Origin: Parasphingorhabdus sp.
Lineage (GTDB): Bacteria > Pseudomonadota > Alphaproteobacteria > Sphingomonadales > Sphingomonadaceae
Assembly (NCBI RefSeq): GCF_036964565.1
Contig: NZ_JBALTN010000011.1
Location: 54,889-118,888 of the forward strand
Direction of reading: 5' to 3'
Length of the DNA: 64,000 nucleotides
The notes under the pieces: model-generated
The model's database searches: none
Told to the model about the DNA's origin: nothing
What the model saw: only the letters and a program-made list of their open reading frames with translations
Shown: one piece after another, positions 37,283 through 50,865 of the stretch
Numbering within the stretch: position 1 is the first letter of the stretch
How the letters are laid out: every line of letters starts with the position of its first letter
Made by a program: the position numbers and the translations under genes

Positions 37283-38551
37283 TTAGCTGGCAGTTGTTAG
37301 TGGCTTGCCGGTCACGGATTCCGTGATGCTGTTCGGCAGCGGCTCTGGTTTTTCCAACCGCGACAGCAGGGGCAAGATGATGAGGAAATGCGCAAAATAG
37401 TAGGCCGACGCCACCTGGCTGATCATCACGAACGGCTCCTCAGCCGGCGCGCCGCCGCAATATCCGAGGATCAGGACGTCAAGAACCAGGATGCCGAAGA
37501 AGATCTTGAACTTGGGGCGGAACAGACCCGAGCGGACCGGTGACTTGTCGAGCCAAGGCAGGAAGAACCAGACCAGGATCGCCGAGAACATCGCCAGCAC
37601 GCCGAGCAGTTTTGCCGGAACGAAGAAGAAGTCGACGGTGAAGGCGCGCAGGATCGCGTACCAGGGCCAGAAATACCATTCCGGAACGATATGGGCCGGG
37701 GTCGAAAGCGGGTTGGCGGGAATATAATTGTCCGCGTGGCCGAGTGCGTTTGGCAGGAAGAACATCATTGCGGTGAAGAAGATCAGCGCAACGCCCAGCG
37801 TCCAGCCATCCTTGGCGGTGTAATAGGGGTGGAAGGGAACGGTGTCCTGTGGGCCCTTTACGTCCACGCCGGTTGGGTTGTTTGAACCCGGGATATGCAG
37901 CGCCCAGATGTGCATGATGATCACGCCGGCAATCACGAACGGCAGCAGATAGTGAAGCGAGAAGAAACGGTTCAAAGCCGCGTTGTCAGGAGCAAAGCCG
38001 CCGAGCAGCAGTTCCTGGATCGGCTTGCCGACCAGCGGGATTGCCTCGAACAGGCCGGTAATGACCTTGGCGCCCCAGAAGCTCATCTGGCCCCATGGCA
38101 GCACATAGCCCATGAACGCGGTTGCCATGGCGAGCAGATAAATGACCACGCCGAGCAGCCAGATCATTTCGCGTGGCGCCTTGTAGGAGCCATAAAACAG
38201 GCCGCGGCCGATATGAAGATAGATGGCGATGAAGAAGAAGCTTGCGCCATTGGCATGGGCATAACGGATCATCCAGCCGCTGTTGACGTCGCGCATGATA
38301 TGCTCGACCGAGTCAAAGGCAATATTGGCGTTGGCGGCATAATGCATCGCCAAGATGATACCGGTAACGATCTGCACGACCAGGAAGATGCCGGCCAGCG
38401 AACCGAAGTTCCACATGTAGTTCAGATTGCGCGGGGTAGGATAACCGGCACCGAGGCTGTTGTAGACGAGACGCGGGACGGGAAGTTTTTCGTCCATCCA
38501 GCGGCCAAATTCGGTGGTTGGCGCATATTGGTTTGCCCAAGGAAAGCTCAT
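37283..38551 (-). CDS. petB: Cytochrome b
   Basis: 422 aa polytopic protein with conserved cytochrome b sequence ([20 protein letters not shown]). Confidence 0.9.
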   Translation of the reverse strand: MSFPWANQYAPTTEFGRWMDEKLPVPRLVYNSLGAGYPTPRNLNYMWNFGSLAGIFLVVQIVTGIILAMHYAANANIAFDSVEHIMRDVNSGWMIRYAHANGASFFFIAIYLHIGRGLFYGSYKAPREMIWLLGVVIYLLAMATAFMGYVLPWGQMSFWGAKVITGLFEAIPLVGKPIQELLLGGFAPDNAALNRFFSLHYLLPFVIAGVIIMHIWALHIPGSNNPTGVDVKGPQDTVPFHPYYTAKDGWTLGVALIFFTAMMFFLPNALGHADNYIPANPLSTPAHIVPEWYFWPWYAILRAFTVDFFFVPAKLLGVLAMFSAILVWFFLPWLDKSPVRSGLFRPKFKIFFGILVLDVLILGYCGGAPAEEPFVMISQVASAYYFAHFLIILPLLSRLEKPEPLPNSITESVTGKPLTTAS

Positions 38552-38564
38552 ATTCTTCTGCCCT

Positions 38565-39128
38565 TTAGCCGATTTTCACGACGGTATCTGATAGAAATTC
38601 ATATTCCGGAACATCGAGGTTCCGAGGCGCCGGGCCCTTGCGGATCCGGGCTGCCGTATCATAATGCGAACCGTGGCAAGGGCAGAAATAACCGCCGAAC
38701 TCGCCCTTGTTCTCGCCTTCGGCCGCGCCGAGCGGAACACAGCCAAGATGGGTGCAGACGCCCATGGTGATCAGCCAGTTTTCTTTCCCGATGGCAGTGC
38801 GTTCCGCCAGGGTCTGCGGGTCGCGCAGGGCGGCAGCATCGACCGCATTGGCTTCGCTGATTTCCTTGTCGGTGAGGTTGCGGACAAATACCGGCTGCTT
38901 GCGCCACAGGATCTTGATCGCCTGACCGCGCTCGATCGCCGCAACATCGACATCAACCGATGCGAGCGCGAGCACGTCGGCGCTGGGATTCATCTGGTTG
39001 ACCAGCGGGAAGACCGTTGCCACCGCCCCTGCACCAGCGAAGCTCACCGCCGCGATATTGATAAAGTCCCGGCGGCGAACGCCGCTTTCTTCTGCGACTG
39101 CCGTTTCAGCTGTTTCAACCGTTGCCAT
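38565..39128 (-). CDS. petA: Ubiquinol-cytochrome c reductase Rieske iron-sulfur subunit
   Basis: 187 aa from ATG 39128. It has a Tat-like RRRDFI motif and the Rieske boxes CTHLGC and CPCHGS. Confidence 0.9.
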   Translation of the reverse strand: MATVETAETAVAEESGVRRRDFINIAAVSFAGAGAVATVFPLVNQMNPSADVLALASVDVDVAAIERGQAIKILWRKQPVFVRNLTDKEISEANAVDAAALRDPQTLAERTAIGKENWLITMGVCTHLGCVPLGAAEGENKGEFGGYFCPCHGSHYDTAARIRKGPAPRNLDVPEYEFLSDTVVKIG

Positions 39129-39303
39129 GCAAACAAGCCCTATAGAATAGTTAGACCCCTGCACTGCCCGGATGTTCTGAACTGCTTGCCAACAGCCTGA
39201 ACGGGCAGTGATTTGCGCGCCTGATAGCCGCGAAGGACAGGGTTTGCCAACAGGGAATTTTCGATTGACCAAACATTCACTTCCCGCGCATGGTGACGAG
39301 CCC

Positions 39304-39762
39304 ATGAGGATAGCATTGTATCAACCCGAGATAGCGGGAAATTTAGGAACGATATTAAGGACTTGTGCCTGTCTGGATGTCGAAGTTGATATCATCGAAC
39401 CGTGCGGATTTCCGTTCAGCGACCGCAGTCTGAAACGCGCGGGGATGGATTATTTCGAGCATGTTCGCTATACCCGTCACGCCGACTGGGATGCGTTTCG
39501 TGCAACCTGCGATTCCCGCAAGGCGCGGATCATCCTGCTGTCCAGCAAGGCCGATCAGCCACATTATGGATTCGGCTATCGGGCCGACGATATCCTGCTG
39601 TTCGGCTCGGAGGGATCAGGAGTTCCCCTTACTGTACATAACCAGTGCGATGGCAGAATCACCATCCCCATGAGGCCCGGCATGCGCAGCTTGAATCTCG
39701 CGGTTTCCGCTGGCATGGCCCTGGGCGAGGCGCTTAGACAGACAGGACAATTTCCAGAATGA
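39304..39762 (+). CDS. trmL: SpoU-family tRNA (cytidine/uridine-2'-O)-methyltransferase TrmL
   Basis: 152 aa from ATG 39304. MRIALYQPEIAGNLGTILRTC... is a SPOUT-fold signature. Confidence 0.8.
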   Translation: MRIALYQPEIAGNLGTILRTCACLDVEVDIIEPCGFPFSDRSLKRAGMDYFEHVRYTRHADWDAFRATCDSRKARIILLSSKADQPHYGFGYRADDILLFGSEGSGVPLTVHNQCDGRITIPMRPGMRSLNLAVSAGMALGEALRQTGQFPE

Positions 39763-40616
39763 CGAAAATATTGGACGACCAGCAGCAGACCGCCCAGACA
39801 TGGTTCCAGCAAATGCGCGACGACATCTGCGCTGAATTCGAGGCGATCGAGACGGAAGCGGGCAGCGAAGCCAGGTTCGACTATATCCCCTGGGATCGCG
39901 AGAATCCGGATGGCAGCCCTGGCGGCGGCGGCGTCCAGGGCCTGATGAAGGGCAAGATATTCGAGAAGGTCGGCGTCAACATCTCCACCGTCGACGGCAC
40001 GTTTAGCGAGGAATTCCGGGCGCAGATCAACGGCGCTGCCGAGGATCCCCGGTTTTTCGCGACCGGGATCAGTCTGGTCGCGCACATGGCCAACCCGCAT
40101 GTCCCGAACGTCCATATGAACACCCGGTTCCTGTGCACGACCAAGCGATGGTTCGGCGGCGGTGCGGATCTCAACCCGGCGCTGCCCTATGACGAAGACA
40201 CCGAGGCGTTTCACGCCCGCTTCCGTTCGGCCTGCGCGCCGCACAACCCGGAATATTATCCCCGGTTCAAGAAATGGGCGGATGACTATTTCTATATTCC
40301 GCATCGCAAGGTGCACCGGGGTGTCGGTGGAATCTTCTATGATCATCTCGAACTCGACAAGGAATCCGACTTTGATCGCCATTTTGCCTTCACCCAGGAC
40401 GTCGGGCGGGCGTTTCTGGACATATTCCCGCAGCTCGTCCGCAAGCGGATGGCCACCGAATGGAGCGCGGAAGACAAGCAGCAGCAGCTGGAATGGCGCG
40501 GCCGCTACGCCGAGTTCAATCTGGTCTATGACCGGGGCACGACCTTCGGCCTGAAAACCGGAGGCAATGTCGACGCGATCCTGATGAGCCTGCCGCCCGA
40601 GGCCAAATGGGTCTAG
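39759..40616 (+). CDS. hemF: Oxygen-dependent coproporphyrinogen III oxidase
   Basis: 285 aa with typical HemF blocks (GGGADLNP, YRGRYAEFNLVYDRGT.FGL). Confidence 0.9.
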   Translation: MTKILDDQQQTAQTWFQQMRDDICAEFEAIETEAGSEARFDYIPWDRENPDGSPGGGGVQGLMKGKIFEKVGVNISTVDGTFSEEFRAQINGAAEDPRFFATGISLVAHMANPHVPNVHMNTRFLCTTKRWFGGGADLNPALPYDEDTEAFHARFRSACAPHNPEYYPRFKKWADDYFYIPHRKVHRGVGGIFYDHLELDKESDFDRHFAFTQDVGRAFLDIFPQLVRKRMATEWSAEDKQQQLEWRGRYAEFNLVYDRGTTFGLKTGGNVDAILMSLPPEAKWV

Positions 40617-41206
40617 GCCGCCCGGAGATGTCGGTGGAGGATGTGCCCAAGGGGAAGGTCGCGACGATCATCACCCATCTGGAAATGCGGGAGAGGCCGC
40701 AGCTGCCGGACACCCGCTGCGATTTGGAGCTTACCCGCTGGCGCGATCCGTCAACCGCGGAATATCGAGCCCTGTTCCGGCAAGTCGGCGAACCGTGGCT
40801 GTGGATTTCGCGGCTGCTGATGGCGGAGGAGGAGCTTCAGGCGATCCTGGAGCATCCTGCCGTCGAGATATCGGTCGTCCGGGACAAGCAGCAGCCGGCC
40901 GGATTTATCGAACTCGACTTTCGGGTGCCGGGCGAATGCGAGATCGCCTTTTTCGGACTGGTGCCGGAGCAGAACGGCAAGGGCCGGGGGCGCTGGCTGA
41001 TGGCCGAGGCCCTGAAAATGGCCTGGCGCGACGGGGTCGAGCGCGTGTGGCTGCACACCTGCACCCAGGACTCGCCGCGTGCCCTGCCCTTCTACCAGCG
41101 GTGCGGTTTTCGCATTTTCCGGCAGCAAAGCGGCCAGATGGACGATCCGCGCCTTTCCGGTCACCTGCCGCGGACCGCCGCCCCGCATATCCCGATACTC
41201 AGCTGA
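40607..41206 (+). CDS. GNAT-family N-acetyltransferase
   Basis: 199 aa with an acetyl-CoA motif region ([11 protein letters not shown]). The start is uncertain; ATG 40628 is an alternative. Confidence 0.7.
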   Translation: MGLGRPEMSVEDVPKGKVATIITHLEMRERPQLPDTRCDLELTRWRDPSTAEYRALFRQVGEPWLWISRLLMAEEELQAILEHPAVEISVVRDKQQPAGFIELDFRVPGECEIAFFGLVPEQNGKGRGRWLMAEALKMAWRDGVERVWLHTCTQDSPRALPFYQRCGFRIFRQQSGQMDDPRLSGHLPRTAAPHIPILS

Positions 41207-41951
41207 AGACGTTGCTGACGTCGCTATTCTTGCCGGTGAGCGCGATATAGAGCGAAACGATCACCGCAATCAGCACCAGCTGAAACGCCGTGCCGGTAAA
41301 CGATGCGACGAGATTCTCGATAAACGGCCAACCCGCTCCGCCGGTGGCGAGGCCGGTGATGACACCGGTTACCGTTTCCAGCACGCCGATGGTGATGATC
41401 CCGACAATGCCGATCATCAGCAGGAACAGCAGGATGGCGAAGCCGTTGCCCCTGGTCAGCGACCAGCTGTTGCGGAGCAGATCCACCACGTTCCGTTCGC
41501 CTTCATCGGCGATCAGCGCCGGCACCAGAATCAGCCGGCTGGTGATATAGAAGCCGGGGATCACAAACAGCAGGAAGCCCGGCAAGGCGACCAGCCCGCT
41601 CAACAGCTGGGCCAGCAGATAGACGAGAAACAGTTTCAGCGCCGCGGTCAGATCCTCGGCGACGGTAGAATGGCGGGACGGGGCCAGGGCAAAGTAAATG
41701 GCGAGGCTGCCGAAGCTCATCACCAGATTGGACGCCAGAATCGCGATCGCATTGTCGTTGAAATAGGCGGAATAGACGGCCAGCACGGCATTGCCGTCCT
41801 CGTCGCCGGTGAGAACCGGCGGGGTGACGAACTGGGCGAACAGCAGCGTCGGCAGAAAGACGAATACGCCGGCGATCGCGATAACGGCTTCCTTGTTGGC
41901 CAGAAGCAGGGCCATCGCGCGATTCCAGCTTTGCATGTAGTTCAGCTTCAT
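41199..41951 (-). CDS. Polytopic membrane protein of unknown function
   Basis: 250 aa from ATG 41951 ([13 protein letters not shown]...), with about 6 hydrophobic helices. It is embedded in a spurious 869-aa track ORF. Confidence 0.6.
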   Translation of the reverse strand: MKLNYMQSWNRAMALLLANKEAVIAIAGVFVFLPTLLFAQFVTPPVLTGDEDGNAVLAVYSAYFNDNAIAILASNLVMSFGSLAIYFALAPSRHSTVAEDLTAALKLFLVYLLAQLLSGLVALPGFLLFVIPGFYITSRLILVPALIADEGERNVVDLLRNSWSLTRGNGFAILLFLLMIGIVGIITIGVLETVTGVITGLATGGAGWPFIENLVASFTGTAFQLVLIAVIVSLYIALTGKNSDVSNVFS

Positions 41952-42023
41952 ATTTTCGGTTCCGGATCGGTTTCTGTCCCGCAAGCCCTTGCCACCCGGC
42001 CGGCAAAAGTGCACGAAATTTCT

Positions 42024-42689
42024 ATGAACAGTCCGAATGACATCGAATGGCGAATTTCCAACGGGCAGGTCGCCTATCCAGAAGCGCTGGCCGAGATGGA
42101 ACGGCGCAATGCGGCGGTTCAGGGCGGCGAGGCGAAGGAGCTGATCTGGCTGCTCGAGCACCCGCCGCTCTATACCGCCGGCACCAGCTCCGATCCTGCG
42201 GAACTGCTCAGCCGGGACTTTCCGGTCTATGAGACGGGGCGCGGCGGTCGGCATACCTATCATGGTCCCGGGCAACGCGTCGGCTATGTCATCCTCAACC
42301 TCCGCAAGCGCAATGCCGACGTCCGCGGATTTGTCCATGCCCTGGAAGACTGGGTGATCGCGGCGCTCGCCGAATTTGGCGTGGCCGGGCGCGCAGTGGA
42401 CGGGCGGGTCGGCATCTGGTGCGACACGCCGAGCGGGCAGGAGGCAAAGATCGGCGCGATCGGCATCCGGATCCGCAAATGGGTGACGATGCACGGTTTT
42501 TCGGTCAACATCGATCCGAACCTCAGCCATTTTGGCGGCATCATCCCCTGCGGCATCAGCGAATATCCGGTGACCAGCCTGGCGCAGATGGGGATCGCGG
42601 CGACGCTGGCGCAATTTGACGAAGCGTTGCAAAAAACCGCCGGGCATTTCCTGAAAGCGATTGATCCCGATCCGGCGGGGTCTATGTAG
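42024..42689 (+). CDS. lipB: Octanoyltransferase LipB
   Basis: 221 aa from ATG 42024. It contains [12 protein letters not shown] and a KIGAIGIR active-site region. Confidence 0.9.
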   Translation: MNSPNDIEWRISNGQVAYPEALAEMERRNAAVQGGEAKELIWLLEHPPLYTAGTSSDPAELLSRDFPVYETGRGGRHTYHGPGQRVGYVILNLRKRNADVRGFVHALEDWVIAALAEFGVAGRAVDGRVGIWCDTPSGQEAKIGAIGIRIRKWVTMHGFSVNIDPNLSHFGGIIPCGISEYPVTSLAQMGIAATLAQFDEALQKTAGHFLKAIDPDPAGSM

Positions 42690-42723
42690 GTCCGATCCGA
42701 CCGTGACGAGAAGAGGACAAGAC

Positions 42724-42996
42724 ATGATCAAATTTTCCACAATCGCCGCCGCCGCGCTGATCGCCTCTAGCGTTGCCGGCTGTTCCGGAAACGAAGCCCC
42801 GGATTCCGAAGACGTGACCGAGACCCGCATGGATGACGTCGATGTCATCGATGGCACGATCAGCGACGACATGGTCGATGTCGACACGATCCAGCAGACC
42901 GATCCCACCGGGACCGAAGAAGCGGAAAAGGCAGATGCCGAGAAGGAAGCTGGTGGGGGCGAAGCCGCCGAGCCGGCAGAACCACCGGCGGAATAA
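42724..42996 (+). CDS. Small highly acidic lipoprotein
   Basis: 90 aa with a lipobox (SVAGC) and a D/E-rich mature sequence. Confidence 0.55.
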   Translation: MIKFSTIAAAALIASSVAGCSGNEAPDSEDVTETRMDDVDVIDGTISDDMVDVDTIQQTDPTGTEEAEKADAEKEAGGGEAAEPAEPPAE

Positions 42997-43000
42997 CCGG

Positions 43001-43645
43001 TCAGGCGAGCCCGAGAATCTTGTGAGTCTGTAGTGACAGGCGCCATTTCGGATGGGCCTGGACAAAGCCGATGGCGGATTCGAGATGCGCCTGGCTGGCG
43101 GCCTGATCGCTGATCGCATCCTTGGGCTGCAGCAGCAAATGGGCGAAGTCCCAGCCCTGCATGGCCTGCCAGTCGCTGCCGTCCTGTGGCCAGACCAGCT
43201 TGAGCTCGTCCCCGGATCGCTGGACAGTTTCGCTCCGCGCCTTGGGGCTGATGCAGATCCAGTCGATCGCGCGGGGCACGGCCAGCGTCCCGTTGGATTC
43301 GATGGCAATGAAAAAGCCCTGGTCGTGCAGCGCCTGGATCAGCGCCTCGTCGACCTGCAGCATCGGCTCGCCGCCGGTCAGCACCACGAAGCGGGACTCC
43401 CGGTCGCCGGCCCAGACGGTGGCGGCTGCCTCGGCCAGAGCGGCAGCGGTCCGGAAGCGGCCACCCCCCTCGCCATCCATGCCGATAAAGTCGGTATCGC
43501 AAAACCGGCATATCGCGGTGGAGCGGTCCCGTTCCAGCCCGGACCAGAGATTGCAGCCGGCGAAGCGGACAAATACCGCGCGTCGGCCCGCGTGCACCCC
43601 CTCCCCCTGCAGGGTCAGGAACATCTCCTTGACCGCGTAGCTCAT
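43001..43645 (-). CDS. queE: 7-carboxy-7-deazaguanine synthase QueE
   Basis: 214 aa. It reads FLTLQGEG and has a Cx14CxxC radical-SAM cluster (CNLWSGLERDRSTAICRFC). Confidence 0.85.
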   Translation of the reverse strand: MSYAVKEMFLTLQGEGVHAGRRAVFVRFAGCNLWSGLERDRSTAICRFCDTDFIGMDGEGGGRFRTAAALAEAAATVWAGDRESRFVVLTGGEPMLQVDEALIQALHDQGFFIAIESNGTLAVPRAIDWICISPKARSETVQRSGDELKLVWPQDGSDWQAMQGWDFAHLLLQPKDAISDQAASQAHLESAIGFVQAHPKWRLSLQTHKILGLA

Positions 43646-44328
43646 GGGATCGCGTAGGGCGTCGGGTCGGTAATACCCGCCTCGGCAAAGCCCTTCTGCC
43701 GCAGCCGGCAGCTGTCGCAGAGACCGCAGGCCAGTTCGCCGTCGACCGGATCGTAACAGGACCAGCTCCATGCAGGATCGAGTCCGAGGCGGATGGCCTC
43801 TTTGGCAATGTCGGCCTTGGTCATGTCCTGCAAGGGCGTGCGGATCCGAAATCCGCTGCCCTGATCGCCGGCCTTGGTCGCAAGATCAGCCAGCCGTTCG
43901 AAGCCCTGGATGAATTCCGGGCGGCAATCCGGATAGCCGGAATAGTCGAGCGCATTGACGCCGATGAATATGTCGCGCGCGTCCCTCGCCTCGGCCAGCC
44001 CCAGGGTCAGGGACAGAAAGATCAGATTGCGGGCGGGCACGTAGGTCACCGGAATATCGTCGCCGACACCGGTCTTGGGGACGTCGATGTCGTCCGTCAG
44101 CGCCGAACCGCCGAAACGGCTGAGGTCGAGCGGCAATATGATATGCTCGGCGACATCAAGACGGGCGGCGATCCTCGCGGCAGACTGCAGCTCGACCTTG
44201 TGCCGCTGGTTGTAGTCGATGGTCAGCGCGATCAGCCGATAGCCCTGCTCCGCGGCGATTGCCGCGGACACCATGGAGTCCAGCCCGCCGGACAATAAGA
44301 TGATCGCTGATCGTGATTCGGATGTCAT
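43642..44328 (-). CDS. queC: 7-cyano-7-deazaguanine synthase QueC
   Basis: SGGLDS PP-loop and a C-terminal zinc Cys cluster (CGLCDSC). It overlaps the queE start by 4 nt. Confidence 0.9.
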   Translation of the reverse strand: MTSESRSAIILLSGGLDSMVSAAIAAEQGYRLIALTIDYNQRHKVELQSAARIAARLDVAEHIILPLDLSRFGGSALTDDIDVPKTGVGDDIPVTYVPARNLIFLSLTLGLAEARDARDIFIGVNALDYSGYPDCRPEFIQGFERLADLATKAGDQGSGFRIRTPLQDMTKADIAKEAIRLGLDPAWSWSCYDPVDGELACGLCDSCRLRQKGFAEAGITDPTPYAIP

Positions 44329-44385
44329 GGTGCGTCCCGCTAATCGCGTTCGAGCCACGGCGCAAGTTTTGCGGCTATGTCAGGC

Positions 44386-44793
44386 CTAGCAGCTGCCCGT
44401 CCGGCGACCTTCCATCTGCAGAGAAAATGGCGCGTTGTTGCGAATTCCCTGCGTCGAGATCTGGATGAGGCTGCTCGACTCCTTCTTGATCTCGGTGACG
44501 CCCTGGCCACTGCGGCCACATTTGTAGCTGACCCGCAACTTATTCGGGCTATTTTCAATGACGTAGCGCGTGCACGCGGAACCGCCGTGCTGGATTTGCA
44601 GCAAAAGCTCGGGATTGCCCAGACATATCTTTTGGCCCGGCTCGTTGGCGCCGCGTTCACGCAGCGTCCATTCGCCAGACGACAGTCCGTTCAGCAGCAG
44701 CATCCCGGGAGTCTGTGCCGGGGCGGCAATCGCAAATCCCGACAGGACTGCGGCCGTTGCGCTGACAAATTTGATCAGTTTCAAGCCTTTCAT
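44386..44793 (-). CDS. Hypothetical secreted protein
   Basis: 135 aa from ATG 44793. It has a signal peptide, MKGLKLIKFVSATAAVLSGFAIAAPAQ. I recognise no family. Confidence 0.5.
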   Translation of the reverse strand: MKGLKLIKFVSATAAVLSGFAIAAPAQTPGMLLLNGLSSGEWTLRERGANEPGQKICLGNPELLLQIQHGGSACTRYVIENSPNKLRVSYKCGRSGQGVTEIKKESSSLIQISTQGIRNNAPFSLQMEGRRTGSC

Positions 44794-44937
44794 TGATGGG
44801 TCCTGTCTCGTTGGTGGCCGGAATGGCAGTGTGAGAATAACTTCTAGTCTTGAATGATGGCGATTATTGTCGCCAAATGCGGCAATCGATAGGAAATATT
44901 CGACGTTTTCGCCGATCTGCCCCATTTCCAACAGAAT

Positions 44938-45840
44938 TCAATTGTTGAGGCTGGTGCCTGTAATCGTGAACGTCTTGCTGCAAAAGGCGCAGTCAATGGC
45001 GATATTTCCGTCTTCGTTGACCATATCTTCCTTGTCTTCCTTCGGGAAGCGGGCGATCACGTCCCGAATATGGTCTTCATTACATCGGCATCCCTTAACG
45101 CACGGTTTACCGCTCAGAACCCTCACTTCGTCGCTCTCGCTGAACAGCCGCCACAATATGTCTTCCAGCGGCAACGCACTGTCCGTCAGCTCCTCTGGAG
45201 TGATGGTGCCGCCCATGATCTCGACATGTTCCCATTCCGGATGATCCAGCTGGACATGCAGCCGTTCCCGGCCCTGCTCACCCTCGGGAAGATGCTGGAC
45301 GAGCAGGCCACCCGCCGAAATGCCGCCGGCAGACTGCTCGATGGCAACCCGGATCAGCGTGGGAATCTGTTCCGACTGGAAGAAATAATTCTGGACCGCT
45401 TCGGCCAGGCTGGCGCCTTCCAGCGGCACGATGCCCTGATTGCGGCCGCGCGGGGCCGGCTGGTCAAAGGTAATGGCGAGATATCCCTTGCCGAACAGCG
45501 CCATAAGACTGGGGGCAACGGGCTGGGACAGCAGCCGCTCGCGATCGAAATCGACATAGCCGCGCAGCGCCCCGTCCCGATAGTCGCAGGCAAGCAGATT
45601 GATGACCCCTGCTTCGGTCTGGGCCTGCAGGGTAAGCTGCGAGCCTTCGTCCTTCAAGAGCGCGCCGAGCATCGCGGTAAGGCAGACCGCTTCCGCCAGT
45701 ATCTCGCGGATGAGCGGAGGGTAATCATGCGATGCCAGGATATCGTCGAGCGCGGGGCCCAGACGAACGACGCGGCCGCGGCAATGCTTCCCGGGAATGG
45801 CAAAGGACATGATGCTGTCGGTCAGGGAGACGTCCACCAT
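44938..45840 (-). CDS. hslO: Redox-regulated chaperone Hsp33
   Basis: 300 aa from ATG 45840. The C-terminal zinc centre is CxC...CxxC (GCRCN...CAFC). Confidence 0.85.
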   Translation of the reverse strand: MVDVSLTDSIMSFAIPGKHCRGRVVRLGPALDDILASHDYPPLIREILAEAVCLTAMLGALLKDEGSQLTLQAQTEAGVINLLACDYRDGALRGYVDFDRERLLSQPVAPSLMALFGKGYLAITFDQPAPRGRNQGIVPLEGASLAEAVQNYFFQSEQIPTLIRVAIEQSAGGISAGGLLVQHLPEGEQGRERLHVQLDHPEWEHVEIMGGTITPEELTDSALPLEDILWRLFSESDEVRVLSGKPCVKGCRCNEDHIRDVIARFPKEDKEDMVNEDGNIAIDCAFCSKTFTITGTSLNN

Positions 45841-46766
45841 CAGATCTGGCCGAAACACCAGCGCAGCACGGATTTCTGAGCATGGATCCGGTTCTCGGCC
45901 TCGTCCCAGATGACCGACTGCGGACCATCGATTACCGATGGCATGACTTCTTCGCCGCGATGGGCGGGCAGGCAATGGAGGAACAGCGCATCGGGTTTCG
46001 CCTGTTCCATCAACGTATCGTTGACCTGATAGGGCATCATGGCCGCCAGCTTGTTGTGGACATGCTCCTGACCCATCGACACCCAGGTGTCGGTGACAAC
46101 GACATCGGCTCCGGCGACCGCTTCATTCTCGTCGCGATGGACCGAAATCCCAGCGCCACCAGCCTGGGCCGTGCGGATGAAGTCAGGGTCGGGATCATAA
46201 CCCTGAGGACAGCCAATGCGCACGTTGAATTTCATCAGGCCCGCTGCTTCGACCAACGAATTGAGAACATTGTTGCCATCGCCGAGCCAGGCAACCTGAA
46301 GCCCGGGAAGCGACTTGCCATGCTCGACCAGGGTGAGCAGGTCTGCGACAATCTGGCAGGGATGGGACAGGTCGGTCAGCCCGTTGATCACGGGTACCGT
46401 GGCATTTGCAGCCATTTCCTCTATTTTCGCATGATCGTCGGTGCGGATCATGATCGCGTCGACCATCCGGGACAGCACCTGCGCGGTGTCGGCAACCGTT
46501 TCGCCCCGGCCCAGTTGCATCGACCCGCTGTCCATTACGATACTGGCCCCGCCTAGCTGGCGAATCCCGATATCGAAGGATACGCGGGTGCGGGTGCTGC
46601 TCTTGTCAAAGATCATTGCCAGCACGTGATCGGCCAGCGGTCGGTCGGCATCGGGTCTGGCCTTGGGCCAGTCGAGCCGTGCCGCCTTCCGGTCGATCGC
46701 GTCGGCGATCATCGCGGCGATCGCATCTCCGCCGGCATCGGCGAGATTGAGAAAATGCCGGGTCAT
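45840..46766 (-). CDS. argF: Ornithine carbamoyltransferase
   Basis: 308 aa with the STRTR carbamoyl-phosphate motif and [10 protein letters not shown]. Confidence 0.9.
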   Translation of the reverse strand: MTRHFLNLADAGGDAIAAMIADAIDRKAARLDWPKARPDADRPLADHVLAMIFDKSSTRTRVSFDIGIRQLGGASIVMDSGSMQLGRGETVADTAQVLSRMVDAIMIRTDDHAKIEEMAANATVPVINGLTDLSHPCQIVADLLTLVEHGKSLPGLQVAWLGDGNNVLNSLVEAAGLMKFNVRIGCPQGYDPDPDFIRTAQAGGAGISVHRDENEAVAGADVVVTDTWVSMGQEHVHNKLAAMMPYQVNDTLMEQAKPDALFLHCLPAHRGEEVMPSVIDGPQSVIWDEAENRIHAQKSVLRWCFGQI

Positions 46767-47947
46767 GACGCGGGCGCCTGATAATCGGCAGCGCCGGCCG
46801 ACAGCTTTTCGATGAAGGTGGCGATATGGCTGTCGTCGATATTCAGCGGCGGCAGCACCCGCAGCGTATTGTCTCCGGCGGCAACGGTCAGCAGGCCGCG
46901 GTTGTCGCGCAGATGGGCGACGAAGGACCGGGTTTCCTGGGTCATCATCAGGCCGAGCATCAGGCCCTTGCCGCGGACGCCGATGAAGAGGTCGGGATAA
47001 TTTCCGATGAACTGCTCGATCGCCGCGCGCAGCTTGTCGCCAGTGTCGCGGACTTGCTCGAGAAACTCATCGTTGGCGACCACATCCCAGACGGCGCTGC
47101 CAGCGGCCATCGCCAGCGGGTTGCCGCCATAGGTGGAACCGTGAGTGCCGGGCACCATGCCGCGTGCGGCTTCCTCGGTTGCCAGACACGCGCCGAGCGG
47201 GAAGCCGCCGCCGATGCCCTTTGCCGAGGCCATGACGTCTGGCTTCACGCCGTAAAGTTCATGCGCATAGAGCGCGCCGGTGCGGGCGACGCCGCACTGC
47301 ACCTCGTCAAGGACAAGCAGGATGCCATGCTCGTCGGCCAGTTCGCGCAGTCCCTGCATGAATTCCTGCGACGCAGGCCGTACGCCGCCTTCGCCCTGGA
47401 TCGGTTCGACCAGAAATGCCGCTGTCTTGTCGCTGATCGCGGCCTTCGCGCCCGCGAGATCGTCGAAATCGACATATTTGAATCCGGCGAGCAGCGGCGA
47501 GAAGCCGTGGTGCATCTTTTCCTGGTTGGAGGCGGAAATCGTCGCCATCGTCCGCCCGTGGAACGCATTTTTGAAGGTGATGATCTCGAAGCGGTCGCTG
47601 CCGGCGGACTGGTGATAGGCGCGCGCGGTCTTGATCGCGCATTCCACCGCTTCGGCTCCGCTATTGGTGAAGAAGACAGTATCCGCGAAGGTGGTGTCGA
47701 CCAGCCGCTGGGCAAAGCTCTCGCCCTGCGGGCTGCCGTAGAGATTGGAGACGTGCATCAGGGTTGCTGCCTGCTCCTGGATCGCCTTGGTCAGATGCGG
47801 ATGGCCGTGCCCGAGAAGGTTGACGGCGATGCCGCTGGCGAAGTCCAGCGCCCGCGATCCGTCTTCCGAAATCAGCCAGGCGCCCTCGCCTCGCACCGGA
47901 CGAAAACCACAACGCGGATAAACGGGCATCAATGGTGTAATCGTCAT
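46763..47947 (-). CDS. argD: Acetylornithine aminotransferase
   Basis: 394 aa class-III aminotransferase ([15 protein letters not shown]). It overlaps the argF start by 4 nt. Confidence 0.9.
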   Translation of the reverse strand: MTITPLMPVYPRCGFRPVRGEGAWLISEDGSRALDFASGIAVNLLGHGHPHLTKAIQEQAATLMHVSNLYGSPQGESFAQRLVDTTFADTVFFTNSGAEAVECAIKTARAYHQSAGSDRFEIITFKNAFHGRTMATISASNQEKMHHGFSPLLAGFKYVDFDDLAGAKAAISDKTAAFLVEPIQGEGGVRPASQEFMQGLRELADEHGILLVLDEVQCGVARTGALYAHELYGVKPDVMASAKGIGGGFPLGACLATEEAARGMVPGTHGSTYGGNPLAMAAGSAVWDVVANDEFLEQVRDTGDKLRAAIEQFIGNYPDLFIGVRGKGLMLGLMMTQETRSFVAHLRDNRGLLTVAAGDNTLRVLPPLNIDDSHIATFIEKLSAGAADYQAPAS

Positions 47948-48150
47948 GGTCGGCTTCCTTTCGCGGAAAACAGAAAAGGCGACCCGAGTGGCCGCCTCTT
48001 GAATGGAGGCTTCTTATATGCGGGATGATCAGGGTGGTCAATCATGCTGAATTTCCAGTCGATTCTGCCCTTCTCGACGGGAACTGATTGACCGAGTTGG
48101 TCACAGAGACAGGGTAAATTCGTTTATTCAGGGGCAGAATTGGGCTATAA

Positions 48151-50409
<2,259 letters not shown>

Positions 50410-50435
50410 CCGCTGGCCATTATAATTTGCGCAGG

Positions 50436-50469
50436 AACGGCCCGCAGGAGAAATTCGGCGGGCCGTTTT
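50436..50469. terminator. Rho-independent terminator after katG
   Basis: A 10-bp perfect stem, AACGGCCCGC / GCGGGCCGTT, with a 12-nt loop, followed by TTTT. Confidence 0.65.
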
Positions 50470-50490
50470 CGTGGCGAAATCGGGCCATGT

Positions 50491-50865
50491 CTAGGACAGC
50501 GCGGCCCTGGCCTTTTCCCAGTTCTGGCCGTCAAATCTCGTGATTCGGGGATCGAGGCCATGGCCATCATCCAGACAATTATAGTTCACGCTCCAGCTGT
50601 CGGGGTGGGATCGCGGCTGATAGAAGCTTTTGACGCCGCAGTGGCGGCAGAACAGATGCTCGGCCTGGCCGCTGCCAAAGCGATAGCGCGTCAGATAATC
50701 ACCGCCCTGCACCAGCGTAAAATCCACGTGGTCCATGATCAGGTGCAGGAAGCCGGTCCGCCGGCAGATCGAGCAATTGCAGTCCAGCAGTTCGGGTGCG
50801 TCGACCGCCTCCGCCCGGAAGCGCACGGCACCGCAATGACAGCCGCCCTTGACGATGACCTTCAC
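50491..50865 (-). CDS. GFA/CENP-V-family zinc protein
   Basis: 124 aa from GTG 50865, which forms a GTGA overlap with the upstream stop. Cys motifs are CHCGAV, CNCSIC and CRHCG. Confidence 0.75.
   Translation of the reverse strand: MKVIVKGGCHCGAVRFRAEAVDAPELLDCNCSICRRTGFLHLIMDHVDFTLVQGGDYLTRYRFGSGQAEHLFCRHCGVKSFYQPRSHPDSWSVNYNCLDDGHGLDPRITRFDGQNWEKARAALS

Noticed and set aside
41199-43808. An 869-aa minus-strand ORF, and the overlapping 536-aa plus-strand ORF at 41079-42689
   Set aside because: Most of the translation is R/P/G/A-rich nonsense running antisense to, or out of frame with, lipB and queE/queC. Only the last 250 codons (41199-41951, a membrane protein) look like protein. In the plus ORF only 42024-42689 (LipB) does. 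These are high-GC open-frame artefacts.
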